Source of the DNA: Octopus vulgaris
Lineage: Eukaryota
Length of the DNA: 64,000 nt
NCBI GenBank assembly: GCA_951406725.2
Contig: OX597837.1
Span: 19,096,001-19,160,000 of the forward strand
Direction: 5' to 3'
This document shows, piece by piece, positions 1 to 12,385 of this stretch (positions are counted from its first letter, which is position 1; each line of letters opens with the position of its first letter). The notes under the pieces were generated by a model. The model ran no database searches and was not told the DNA's origin. It was given only the letters and a program-made list of their open reading frames with translations. The position numbers were made by a program, and so were the translations under genes.

Positions 1-370
1 GTGTATCTCTGATTACAAGCAGAAGTAGTGGGGGAGCATCATAGCCATGTGTTGAGAGGAATTCTTTGGGGTTTGAATATTTCACCTCTGGAAACATGGG
101 TGTTTCGTTCAATATCCTTAAACAACCCTTATTCGGGGACCGTTTGAGCGGGATGGGCTACTCGACCAGAAGAAAATTCTAACTGGGCCCCACCTGCAAG
201 GTTATGTGCTGTTTATCTTGATATGAGATCGCGCACATATGGTTGTGATGCATGTGCCTAGTATACCCTTATCAGACGGGTAGTCATGATGGGTATACTG
301 GGCTTCGCATATTTTACCCCAGTGTCACTTTGATGGCATGCACTGCTCTCTCACTCAATAATAATAATAA
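1..370 (+). mobile_element. 3' end of a retroposed repeat ending in an (AAT)n tail
   Basis: Non-coding sequence ending ...ctctctcactcAATAATAATAATAA, where the next element begins; family not assigned. Confidence 0.45.
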
Positions 371-880
371 ACTGAGAAAGTATAAAGATCTTGAAATAGA
401 AATTGGCAAAATGTGGAACCTCAAGACTAAAACAATACTTGTTGTCATAGGTGCCCTAGGAATGATAGCAAAAGGGGCTGATTGCTACCTAGCTCAGATA
501 TCAGGAAATCCCAAAATGGAAGAAATTCAAAAAATAGTGCTCATGGGAACCACCCATATCCTGTGTAAAATATTGTCTATGTAATCCTCAAAATATTTTA
601 ATCCGTAAACAGTGTCAAAGTACTTTTAAATGTACATAACAGTAAACACCTTTTACTCTCATCTTAACATCAGACTATCATCTTAGAATCAAATTACTTT
701 TAAAAAAGAAACTTCTAATTTATTTGTTTTGACAGATATTCTCTAGAACAATACTCTGTGCAAAACCAAATATATGGCACCCTAGTCATAACACCAACTT
801 GAACTTCTAACTTGTTGTCTCTTGAGGTCTTTAGGTGAGACTTGGAATCAACTTGTACAAATACAAAGTAAAAGCCAAAC
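371..880 (+). mobile_element. R4/Dong-type non-LTR retrotransposon, C-terminal RLE fragment plus 3' UTR
   Basis: KLRKYKDLEIEIGKMWNLKTKTILVVIGALGMI matches the K..KY..L / VVIGALG end of restriction-like endonuclease LINEs; stop at 584. Confidence 0.8.
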
Positions 881-885
881 ATATA

Positions 886-943
<58 letters not shown>

Positions 944-1303
944 AGTTTTGTGTATGTGCGTGCGCGCGCGCGTATGTTCCTTATGCATTAAAAAACTGAG
1001 TTAACGATTTTGACGTATACGGTATCAAAAGATTCAATATTCTTTCGGCTACCAAAAAACTTTATTTTCATTTACATATTTTCTACGTTATCTCCACAAC
1101 CAGCTTTAGTTATTTGAATGACAGTGCTCTACAACGACCAGGGTTCATAAAAATTGAAAATCGTTTCACACTTTCCATTTTAACCAAAATTACAAAGTGT
1201 TGCATTACAGGAATGACGATGCGTAAATAATGAAAGTAATGTTTCTCCGAATTAGTCACAACTGTATTATGATAAAGAAAGCTACTTATCGTCTATCTTT
1301 ATA

Positions 1304-2224
1304 TATTGGGTCATCCCTTAAATAATGCAGGTTTTTCAATTGCATGAACTAAAAGTCGGAAGGGTACGGGATAAACTACCTGCATCAACTTGCCATAAAA
1401 GCAGGTAGTAATTTTATCTTGCACTTATTTTTTGTGCAAGTTTTGAAGAGTGCAGTTCGATTTTAACAGCTATTTTTTTCAAAGCTATAATGGAAGTGAC
1501 GAAGGAGCATATTCCGCATATTTTGCTTTCTGAATTCAATAAAGGCAACAACGCAACGGAAAGTGCGAGGAATATTAATGCAGTATATGAGATTGGACAA
1601 TAAGCGTAAACCAGTCTCAACAGTGGTTCCAGAAATTCTGAGCCGGAAACTACAGCCTAGAAGACGAGCCTCATCCTGGAAAATCTGTAGAGCTCGACAA
1701 GGACGTTCTGCAAACCCGTGGAAAAAAATTACACCATAACTGTTGAGGAACTAGCAGAGAAACTTGGATTTGGTAATTACACCAGTCATTTAAGTCAGCG
1801 CTTGAAGAAAAACGACCATCTTTGGTTTCAAGACGAAAGGTGTTCTTCCATCAGGATAATGTTCGGCCTCATACAGCGAGGATGACATTCCAAAGGCTGG
1901 AATGTTTGAATGGGAAACGATGTCCCATGCACCATATTCGCCAGACATTGCCCTATCTGCTTATCATTTATTCCACAGTCTTCAAAATCATTTGGACGAA
2001 AAAAATATGAATTCTTAGACGAGGTCGGAACAGTAGTGAAGTATTTTCCGTCACGGACAAGTGAATTTTAGAAGAGGGGCCTTGCAAGTCTATCAGATAG
2101 ATGGAAGAGCATTGTAGAAAATGAAAGAGTGTATATTTTAGATTGAAAAAGAACTTTGTTTATTTCAATTTTGAAAAATAAAAGAAGTCTGAAAAACCCT
2201 ATAATTTATGGGATATAAATAATA
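1304..2224 (+). mobile_element. Mariner DNA transposon, internally deleted pseudogene
   Basis: Degenerate ~30-bp TIRs flanked by TA. ATG 1490 gives MEVTKEHIPHILLSEFNKGNNATESARNI (HTH); HQDNVRPHT and YSPDIALSAYHLF motifs follow; frameshifts present. Confidence 0.9.
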
Positions 2225-3100
2225 TAAAGGCTACCAAATAAAGTATGTTTTTGGCACAACAATGGCAATATTTCGATTTGCTGCTAATGTTTCCCTTTCG
2301 TCCGACGTTTCACGCATGCGTAGAATTCTACTCAGACAAAACTTTTATGAAAATGTACACATAAATATTGTTTTAAAAAAAGTCACAACCCCAAAATTTT
2401 CATTTAAAGACATCCATTTCTTTATGTTATGAGGAAATACAGTCACTCATTCTCTCTATCTCTCTCACACACACACGCACACATACATACAATGTATTCA
2501 TATGTATTTATGTACGTATATATGAAAGATCATGTGTATGTGAGAGTGAGAGAGAGGGGATAGAGAGAGAGAGAGAGAATGAGTGCCACTTACACATAGA
2601 TGCAAAAAATACATACATGACAATAAACACCTTCACTCACTCACTTTCTGTCTGTCTGTCTGTTTCTCTCTCTCTCTCACGCACACGTACGCACGGACGC
2701 ACGCACGCACACACACACACACACACACACATCCACATCTTTCGCGTTCTCCGCCCTTTCACTTTCTGCTCTCACTTCAAAGCCAATGTCACTTTTCCAC
2801 TTTTCCTGTCTTTCAATTTCTGCTCTCTTCAAAGCATAAAGAAGTAAAAAAAAAAAAAAATTACGGAAATTAACGAACAATCATGCTGCTTCAAATGAAA
2901 GAATGCCATAAAATAACTTTCTTTGGCACACACACACACACACACACTCGGTAAAACTGTACGAATTATGTTATTTCATGCTGTATGCACGCCAAAATTA
3001 CAACTCAAATCTAATTGAAATTAGCTTTTTCTGTTCAGTAATTTGTGTTTGTGATGAGCGTATTTAAAAACCCGATCTTCGATATAAACTTAAAAAGAAG

Positions 3101-3765
3101 TTTTGCCAGAAATCCTGTCTTTTTTAGCATGTCCAATGTGACATTTGCGCTCCCCATAAACGTTCTCAATATCTCAATTTTCTCCTTCCCCACCCCAGTT
3201 TCCTAATTTTTACTTATTCCCAATAATTTTCTTTGTAATCCACGGGGAGAGAAAAAAAGAGAATACAAATCTTTAAGAATTTTCTTCTTCCTTTTTTCTT
3301 CAATAAACACTAAAATCTCTTTCACAAACATCCACCCATCACCTCACCACTTTAAAAAAACTACAAACTCCCAATGTTCCACTTTTAACTTTTTAGAAAG
3401 CGGGGAAGTTTCTTCAGAAATAATGTCGTTTGCCTATTGTTTCTAGCATGTTGGGTTCCCTGGTGGTGGTCTGGTATTTTTTACGTCTGCTATTTCAGTA
3501 CAATTCTATAGATACGTGAAACATCAGACAAAAGTGAAACATTGGGAGGGTTTAGCTTTTTGAAAGCGAGTAGGTGATGTGTGGGTAAGATGGGGGAAAG
3601 TGTTTCTGTAAGAAAAATTAAACTTTAAAAAAATATATATTTCCTAGATTCCTAATCTCTGTATTTTTCTACGTGGATGTAAAAATCGAAAAAAGGTACA
3701 AATTAAGAAATTGCAATGGAAACGGGGTGAAATTAAAATTCTGAAAATGTGATTTCTGGACAAAA
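3101..3765. repeat. Degenerate long inverted repeat (arms ~3101-3386 and ~3530-3765)
   Basis: catcacctcaccactttaaaaaaactacaaactcccaatgttccactttt mirrors aaaagtgaaacattgggagggtttagctttttgaaagcgagtaggtgatg; outer ttttgccagaaatc mirrors gatttctggacaaaa. Confidence 0.7.
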
Positions 3766-4009
3766 TCGTATTAACTTTCCCTTATGCGATGAAGCAACAC
3801 ATAGTTTGTGAGCCTTCTTTGGAACAGAAAGCACTTTCATGCAAATCGTATCTTCATCTCTTCGCTTTGAAACAAGCAATAACTTCCATTACGCCAGTGA
3901 TCCAGTTCACTATATATCAGCTGTGCCGATTCTGCCCTTAAGAAAGGAACAAATAATACAATGTGGCTGTAGGTCATACATCCGGGCAACACCGGGATGC
4001 ATTGCTAGT

Positions 4010-6605
4010 AATAATAATAATAATCTTTTCTTTATTCACCACTGAGGGTATATATAAAAGATTGAGGACAGCACACAGAACAACTAATTAACAAAAAGAG
4101 TGGGATTTAATCGTGTAAAACTGCAATAATAAAATTATAACAAATAAATACTCATAGGAGGGAGGCTTCCAAGGACTGCTAGTGGAAACCCCACAAAAAC
4201 CACAATCGTCCTGATCTCTAGGCCCTCTCCACTTCATTTACTCTCGATCTAGAGACGCATACTTAGAGTAGGTTCGTTCACTCGGGCCATTCACGCTACA
4301 TTCACTCACCTTTTAACAAAATTGCTGGGAGGCAGCACTTCCTTCTCTAACCTCACTTTCCTTTTCAAGTGAAACTTGAAAAAGTTGATGAGGGCTTGGC
4401 CAAAGAAGAAAGTGTCTATCTTTAGCCCTTTCAACCTGGTCCATCACACAACCTCTTTCGCTAAGGCCACCAGACAAAGAAACACTGAATGTCCTTCCCG
4501 ACCGAAAGAGGACGGCGGGGCGATCTTTACGGTGAATTCAGTTGATAACCGGATTCGTTCTACATGTGACAGCAGGTGTTCGACATAAACCCACAAGTCA
4601 GCGATGCTCGCGCGTCCCACGACGTTATTAGATGGCATGGACTTGCCTCTCCAGGTGCCGAGCTGCCGGTCCATTGACTTTTCTAGATTAATTTTTGCTC
4701 CTGTCACCGCCTGGTATTCTTTTAGAGACGTGCCGATCGGGTCTGTGTGCCTTCTTTTCGACACTATGACATCTGCATATGCTGACACGGTTCTCCCATG
4801 ATGCCTCTCAACGCCTCCAATTTCCGCAGTAATGGCTCAAGAGTCAGTACATACAAAAGAGGCGAAGGGACATCCTTGACTGACCGAACGCATGATGTCG
4901 AATGGTTCCGATAGGTAACCATTCACCTGAACTACCGAGCAAATGTCGCTGTGCATTGCAGCGATCCAGCCACGGAAAACGTGACCGAAACTGGGTACCA
5001 TGTGTAGCCTATCGAACGCTTTAGATTGATCCAAATCCATGCCAGGTCCCTTTCCCACCCTGTCTATGATGTATCGCATGAGGTGGAGGTTGTCGTGAAT
5101 GGATCTGCTTGGGATTACGCTTGTTTGCGAATCACCAATCACTTCCTCAACGACAAGCGCCAACTTCTTTGCTAACACCTTGGATAAATTTTTAAGTCTG
5201 CGTTCAGCAGCGTTATGGACCTAATGTTTTCTATTTGATCTCCCTTGTTTGAGTCCTTTCTTGGCAGTGTCACCGCTCTTCGATTCGCAGAACTGAGAAT
5301 TCTGTTCTGCTGCCAGTTGCGCTAGATAGTCTAGCATATAGAGCAGACCATCCAAACCAGGCAATTAGCTACCCGTGCAACTCGCCATCGCATCCCATAT
5401 TTCTGCGGCTGTTATCGGCATTTCGCAACACTCCGACCCTCTTTCTGAGAGTCGTGGTATGCCATCGAGGTAGCCGTTGAAGTCCATCCTGTACTCTAGA
5501 CTGCCATTCGTCCCAAACATTTAAGCGAAGTTCTGCTGAAATGCTGCATACATCTGCTCGGGGTCAAGTACTATGCACCCATTTTGGTCCACTAAAGACC
5601 GAATTTTGGATTTGTTGCAACGTTGCGCCTCTGTCATCGAGCGGCTTTCGTTCCCTCTTGTCTTAAAGCACGCACCTTAGCTCTGACAATGCAGCCTTCA
5701 TGATTAGCGTTGAAGAATTAATCCAGGACCAATCTCGTGGCTAGTACGTCAGTTGCAATGCCTTTCTTTAGTACCTCTTCTAAGTTTCTAACTAAATTCC
5801 TTTCTATTTTATTCCTTTCTATCACTAATGCCTTACTAAACCTAACTGATTCTACTCTAATTGCTTTTTTCAGGGCAAACCATAATTTTATGATGACTAT
5901 TATCACCGACAATGCTCCCTTAAGCAATTCTCTAATCCGATCTCTGTAAGCTTGGCACGCCGGGAGTGATGCGGTCAGCTTCCAGTAACCGGGTCCCTGC
6001 CTTCTAAGCCTATTTAGGTCGACTCTACAGATCACAAATTTGTAATCTGTGTTGCCAGCCAGTTTGGAAAGTGGACAACATATATTATCTTTATCTAGTG
6101 GACTACAGAATACCCTGTCTAGATACGATCTGAATGACCCAGTGTGATTCGTCCATGGCACATCCAGAAAATCCAGTCGATACCAGTCAGACAATTGTAA
6201 ATGTTTGAGCAGGTTTGTGAGGCTTTTATCACCGTCACTTCTATTCGCTAGCCCTACACAGTCCAAACGTGGCTCTAAGATGGCGTTCCAGTCGCCCACT
6301 AACACTAAAGGTCAGGACGTTCTCAGGAAAACCCCCAGACATCTGAAGAAATCTGGCTGTCCTGCTCCAGTCGGAGCATAAACAGCCACCAGTCCGAAGG
6401 CATCCTTATCACTTCTTACTTCATCGATATCTTTCGAGATAGTTTTATTTCGTAAATCGACCGATGAGAAGATACAGGATCTTGCAAACAAAATGTTTGG
6501 AGTTTTCAAGATACCCTCCGCGCGTGAAATCCGACAGGCGTAGATATACGAGAAGATGATCTTCCAGTCCCCGGAGAGGCCATTTTTTCTTTCTGATGGT
6601 ATCAA
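4010..6605 (-). mobile_element. Tx1-like (L1 group) LINE, degraded ORF2 (APE + RT)
   Basis: APE motifs VAVYAP, GDWNAIL, YLDRVF, GPGYWKL. RT motifs SIHDNLHLMR, LDQSKAFDR, SVSQGCP, SAYAD. AATAAA and (TTA)n tail at the 3' end; multiple frameshifts. Confidence 0.9.
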
Positions 6606-6659
6606 GTCGTTTCAGTATAAAAGCACGCAGATGTATTCCTTCTTGCTCTTTTAATTCAC

Positions 6660-7265
6660 CTGTGCTGTGTCAGGAATACCAAATTGCCGGAGATTGAATA
6701 CGGCAAAATCTCTAGACGAATCATCATTTTGTCGTGCTTTTTTCATCTTCGACCTCATCTCCAAGCAACGATTATTAGTTGACACTGGAACAGTGTGTAG
6801 CATCTGGCCCGTCAACCTGCTTTCTGACTCACGTAGACCGATTTCTATTACCCCGTAAGCAGTAAATCATTTGCCTATTCTTACATACTGAGAAAAGTCT
6901 TACTTTAGACCTAAATCAAAGGCGATAGTTTAAATGGATATTCATCATCACCAACCTGTCATATCCTATCCTCGGAGCTAACTTCTTGCACCATTTTGGT
7001 CATCTTTTCGATTTAAGGCATAAGCAGTTAATTGATACCAAAGTGTGTCTTCAGTGCTTTTTACCATCCGTCCACTTTTTTTTTTGTTCGTTCTGTATCC
7101 AAACGTTTTCACGAGACTCTTCAGCAGTTTGCGAGCGTTACTCGTACTATGTTCCATCACAAGACTCCAGTGCACTCAATACTTATCTTATCATTACTTC
7201 TGACAGGATTACACGAAGCGGTAGAAGGGTTCATTGGCCAACAAAATATACACACACTTATTATT
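6660..7265 (+). mobile_element. Gypsy LTR-retrotransposon remnant (aspartic protease plus pol C-terminal tail)
   Basis: RLLVDTG protease motif, downstream YPILGANFLHHF, and ITRSGRRVHWP typical of the end of Gypsy pol. Confidence 0.7.
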
Positions 7266-7639
7266 TTTGTTAACTTAAGTGAAAATTCGGTGGTCTGACT
7301 AGAACTTTCCATGAGCGAGGCTTACAAACACAGCCAAATTGAGTACCAAAAATTCAAAGTGTCTCGAGTCGAGTTAGCGTATGCTCTCCTAATAGCTGTT
7401 TTAACAGCTGCATATTCATCTTGGAATGATCGAAGAAGGCACACCACGGCACCTGAATATGTATTTGATATGTAAAATTAATCCAGATGTTGACTTTCTA
7501 ACAAAGACTTTCTGTACGTGTCATATCATGCTGTTTCATCTGATTGTTTCCATTAAAATTGTATTACATGAACACCTTTCCTATTAATATAACAAATTTT
7601 TTTCCAATAAATAAAGAAGCGTCCCGAATTGGCCCAGGC

Positions 7640-7975
7640 CATAGTTAAATAGCACCACCTGGAAAAGACATTTAATCATGCTTTATAATTTAGGCACCAT
7701 AGCCAATTCGACCAAAGAGTTATTGTTTGCAGAAATATATCCAAATGTTGGTGGTTTATCTTGGATTTCTTGGTGAAATTCACACATGAACTGTTTGAAT
7801 GTTATGATATCTTTTTCTTCTCTTGTCTGTCTTGGACTGATGTTAAAGAGAGCATTGGGGTGGAATACTTTCTGTCTTAGTGTTGTGATGTGACGCAAGC
7901 GCAATTTTTGTCGAGGACCTGTGACATGGAGAGCAAGCCTTTAAAGTTGATGCCAACATCATTTGGAATATTCGC
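7640..7975 (-). mobile_element. CR1-group LINE 3' fragment
   Basis: ALFNISPR..FKQ..EIQDKPPT...ANNNSL resembles the C-terminus of the LINE at 47709-48075. Confidence 0.6.
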
Positions 7976-9021
7976 GAGTAATATATATACATTCCTTGTT
8001 TATATATATACAACGTAAAGTAACAAAAATAAATCGAATAAGCTTAATAAGCGACTGGCACCTCCGAAACGCTATATGTTTCTGCTCATTTATAACTTGA
8101 GGATAAAATATTTTTTTGTATTAAGGCCTCTTTGAGTTCCCACACATACCAACACTAATGGAATGTGCACATAGACACATACCCTGCAGTCTCTTTCTCA
8201 CTCACACACACACCCAGCTAATCTAATGTCTGCTTGTGTGTGTTTGAGTACATGTGTGAGTGTGCCAATAATATTCACGTGTGTGTGAGTGTGTACATTT
8301 CCTCGTAGCGTTTGTTTGAATCGCTTTCACAGTCGTACACACTTTTATCATTCAATTTCCACAGGAATAAACCATTAACACTTTGATATATTTTATTAAA
8401 TTACAATGAATAACATATCTTTTTTTTTTATTAGTCTCAAACTTTGAACTTTGACCAACAAAGCAGAGAGAAGGAGAGACAAAAAAACTGACGATTAGGC
8501 ATACGCAAAGCTCTTAACTTACGACTTAACTTATGAATTAAACTCTTGTTGCTGATGTTATTTTCTCACGTTGGGACAAATAACTGCGTCATTTTGTGAA
8601 CTTCTTTTCATTTCCTTCCCATATTTCGCCCCTCCTTTGTCTCTATTTTATTTACGAAAAGATCTAACAATAACGAGCAGAAACAAGTGCGTTATTACGT
8701 TCATTTATACTACATTTCAGACGAACCAATTTATCTTTTTTTTTATATCAAACCGGATTTACTTTTCTGCAACTGTAGTTTTGATTTGATTGTTAAAATG
8801 TTCAGTTTGTGTATGTACATCATTACCTTCTTCATTGGATAGATTGAACTGGTAAGGAGAATCGGGTGTAAGGGAACAAAGGGCAGCTCTTATACATATG
8901 AACAAGTTCTTATTTAGTAAATGACAACCTACATCTCTTTCAGATAACATCCTACCGTCTTTAAAAAAATGTATGAATAATATCTCAATCCTCACCAGAG
9001 GTACGTAATTTTTTTACTGGT

Positions 9022-9350
9022 ACAGACGTGTCTGTGTGGTAAGAAGCTTGCTTCCTAACCATAGGGTTAGGGGTTCAGTTCAACTGCGTGGCATCCTGGG
9101 CAAGTGACATACTATAGCCTCGGTCCAACCAAAGAGTGGAGTTGGTAGACGGAAACTGAAAGAAGCTCGTTGCGCGCGCGTGCGAACTGTTCTCTGTGTT
9201 TGTCCACCACCCCACCGTCTGACAATTGGTGCTAGTCTGTTTACGTCCCCGCAACTAAGTAGTTCGGCAAAAAAATAAACCGATAGAATAAGCGTCAGGC
9301 TTTAAAAATTGAGTACTGCAGTCTGATGGCTGAAACAAAAAAATAAAAGA
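9022..9350 (+). mobile_element. tRNA-derived SINE family A, diverged copy
   Basis: Head tgtgtggtaagaagcttgc..ggttcagt, body tgggcaagtg..ggtagacggaaactgaaagaagc. Confidence 0.8.
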
Positions 9351-9629
9351 TATATGATGGAATGGTCATGTTCGGAATACCTTTGATTCTAATCTCGATC
9401 AGGCCAACCTCAACCTAAGCAAAATATCCTCATTATCACCATTTCACATCCGTTTTCTAGACTTATATAACATGAATTATTTCTCTTTATGCTTCTTTCT
9501 CACTTAAAGGCATTAATGAACGAGTAAGATGTAATCAATTTTTATAGGTGCAGCATGGTAAAATAGTTAAGAAGTTCACGTCTCAATCACAAGATCCAGG
9601 GTTCGATCCTATATATATATATATATATA

Positions 9630-11842
9630 GTAGAAATATGTTACAAAAAGGAAATATAAAATACACGTGGAAATGTAATGGTAAAATATGAAAAATCAAC
9701 GAAAATGCACATTGCAAATAAAAAAAAGGTTATTTATGACAGGTAACGACAAATATATACATTTAGATTGACTGAGGTAGTAATAAGAGTCATAAAAGTC
9801 ATTATTATGAGATGATTATAAGATGATAATAAAGTAAGAGAACAAAGTGAACCATGATTTGCGCAAAGCTATTCATCGCTTGAAAACACCGGCTAATACA
9901 CGGTGTCAGGTCTAATAGTTCCTGAGAAAAAAGATTATTTGTAAGGGAGGTAAGTAGTTCTGGATTTAGAGATATGAGTGGTGTAGGAAGTGTATAGGGG
10001 TTAGTGGTTTCAATTGAAGAGTTAGTGGTGTTCTGTATTGAGTTGTGTGTTCATAATTAGTTGGGGGAAAAATTTATTGATGAAAAATGCCTCTTTATTC
10101 AACCTTTGTTGCATTGTAGTGTTCTGTGAACATTGGTAAAAGGGAAATATTTGGAAATTGGGATTAAGATTCCTGGCACACCTTTCTATGTGTTCACTCA
10201 CCTTTAACTGTCTGTATTGTGGGTGATGAATTTGCTCTTTGTGACTGGTGATTCTTTGACGGAGCAAAATTCCTGTTTGTCCAATATAGAGTTTTCCACA
10301 TCCTATGCATGTCATGACATAGATTACATTTACTGAGGCGCAGGTGAAATTTGATTTGATCTTAAATATTTCTCCTTGTTTGAATTGGAATTCTGAACCC
10401 TCCAGAAGGTGGGGGCATGTTCCACAGTTAGAACATCCACATTTTGTCACATTTGGCTCTGTTGTTAGTGGACACAGTCTAGTGCTGGTTAATATTTTTT
10501 TCAGTGACTTTGGTTGCTTTTTGCTTTTTATAATTTTATATGAGCTTAAAATTTCGTTCATTGTTTTGTCTGCTGTGAGGATGGGAAGATTTTGGATGAT
10601 GATGTTGAAGGCTTCGTTGTTTCTAGGGTTATGTGTGGAAATGTACGGGAGTATTTTTAAGTCTTGTTTAGTATTTTGGCTAGTTTTCCTTAACATTTGT
10701 ATATCTATTTCCTTAGCTCTTTTGATGCCTTCATTTACTAATGAGATTGGGTAATGTCTTTTAGTTAGTGTAGATCTAAGTTCAAGGAGTCTATGTTCTC
10801 GAGTGTATGTATCAGAAACTATGGTGCAGATTCTTTTTGCTAGGTTAAAGGGTATGTTGATTTTTAATAGTTTGGGGTGGCAGGAGTTAAATAATAGGTA
10901 TTGTTTAGAATCTATGGGTTTATAAAAGATGTCTGCTTCTATGTGGTTGTTAACTATTCTAATTAAGATGTCTAGAAAAGGGAAGTGCTTACTGTTGTGT
11001 TCCATAGTGAATTGTATATTGCTGTGTATGTTGTTGAGCATTCTTTTGAAATCAAAGAGTTGATCCATGCTGTCTTTCCAAAGTATGAAGCAATCATCTA
11101 AATATCTCTTCCAGTTCTCCTTTAAGTAGCAATTAAAAGAGACACCATATTTTTCTAGTGATGATTGGTATAACTTGAGTTTGTGGTAACCTATTACGAA
11201 GTTTGCAATCACTGGAGCAGCTCTGGTTCCCATTGCAATTCCGCATTTTTGTCGATAGTAAGTAGTATCTAACAAGAAATGATTGTTCAGTAGGACAAAT
11301 TTCAGTGCTTCAATTATAAAATTGTGGTTAATTCGTCCTGGGATCTCTTCTGGGTATTTTTCTAGCCAAAATGCGATTGCTTCTATAACATAGTCGTGTG
11401 GGATATTGGTGTATAGATTCACCACATCGAAAGATACCAGTAGTGTTCCATCCTTTACTGTCTTCGGGAGGTGGTTCAGCATGTCTAGGTCTTCCCTGAT
11501 AAAGCTTTTCACATATTCTAAAAGAGGTTTGAGTAATATGTCGAGGAAGTTGCTTTACTTACCTCCCTTACAAATAATCCAGAACTACTTACCTCCCTTA
11601 CAAATAATCTTTTTTCTCAGGAACTATTAGCCGGTGTTTTTCAAGCGATGAATAGCTTTGCGTAAACCATGGTTCGCTTTGTTCTCTTACTTTATTATCA
11701 TCTTATAATCATCTCATAATAATGACTTTTATGACTCTTATTACTACCTCAGTCAATCTAAATGTATATATTTGTTGTTACCTGTCATAAATAGCCTTTT
11801 TTTATTTGCAATGTGCATTTTCATTGATTTTTCAAATTTTAC

Positions 11843-11845
<3 letters not shown>
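9630..11845 (-). mobile_element. Penelope-like element (Neptune-type), 5'-truncated, with inverted pseudo-LTR
   Basis: RT-GIY-YIG ORF 10022-11512; 11575-11843 is the reverse complement of 9680-9966; (TA)n on both sides. Confidence 0.92.
10022..11512 (-). CDS. Penelope-like RT + GIY-YIG endonuclease (5'-truncated, open frame)
   Basis: SFDVVNLYTNIPH, GIAMGT, KRYLDD, FLDI, Cys linker CGCSNCGTC, NVIYVMTCIGCGKLYIGQT, RLNKEAFFI. Confidence 0.9.
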   Translation of the reverse strand: MKSFIREDLDMLNHLPKTVKDGTLLVSFDVVNLYTNIPHDYVIEAIAFWLEKYPEEIPGRINHNFIIEALKFVLLNNHFLLDTTYYRQKCGIAMGTRAAPVIANFVIGYHKLKLYQSSLEKYGVSFNCYLKENWKRYLDDCFILWKDSMDQLFDFKRMLNNIHSNIQFTMEHNSKHFPFLDILIRIVNNHIEADIFYKPIDSKQYLLFNSCHPKLLKINIPFNLAKRICTIVSDTYTREHRLLELRSTLTKRHYPISLVNEGIKRAKEIDIQMLRKTSQNTKQDLKILPYISTHNPRNNEAFNIIIQNLPILTADKTMNEILSSYKIIKSKKQPKSLKKILTSTRLCPLTTEPNVTKCGCSNCGTCPHLLEGSEFQFKQGEIFKIKSNFTCASVNVIYVMTCIGCGKLYIGQTGILLRQRITSHKEQIHHPQYRQLKVSEHIERCARNLNPNFQIFPFYQCSQNTTMQQRLNKEAFFINKFFPQLIMNTQLNTEHH

Positions 11846-11881
<36 letters not shown>

Positions 11882-11956
11882 AGTGTAAGCGCATAAATGC
11901 GAAACAAGGTGGGAAAATAGTACTCGAATACCAGAGGTAGAGTAATATGCTTTTTA

Positions 11957-12107
11957 AAAGAGCAGCAAAAATATCACGAAAACTGTTAATCAGAGTTTCA
12001 TGTTCCTGTTCATCAGGCAGTTTTGTTTACTTTCTAAACAAAACTGTCTGATGAACGGGAATGTAAAACTCTTGAGTAACAGTTTTTGTGATACTTTTGT
12101 TGCTTTT

Positions 12108-12108
<1 letters not shown>
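11957..12108. ncRNA. Palindrome carrying two opposed type I hammerhead motifs (- 11979-12024; + 12040-12086)
   Basis: Plus: aaaactgt CTGATGA acg-ggaa-tgt AAAA ctc-tt-gag TA acagtttt. Minus: aaaactgc CTGATGA aca-ggaa-cat GAAA ctc-t-gat TA acagtttt. Confidence 0.75.

Positions 12109-12385
<277 letters not shown>

Larger units (their letters stand above)
930..4009 (+). mobile_element. Probable non-autonomous Helitron-like element containing a nested mariner
   Basis: 3' hairpin catccgggcaacaccgggatg then CTAG|T at 4005-4009. The 5' region tatataaagag..tgtgtatgtg..tatgttccttatgc resembles non-autonomous Helitron starts, but the 5' TC is obscured by (TA)n. Confidence 0.55.

Noticed and set aside
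8780-8860. ATG plus strong donor CTG|GTAAGG as a first coding exon
   Set aside because: In-frame TAG precedes the donor and no downstream exons could be identified.
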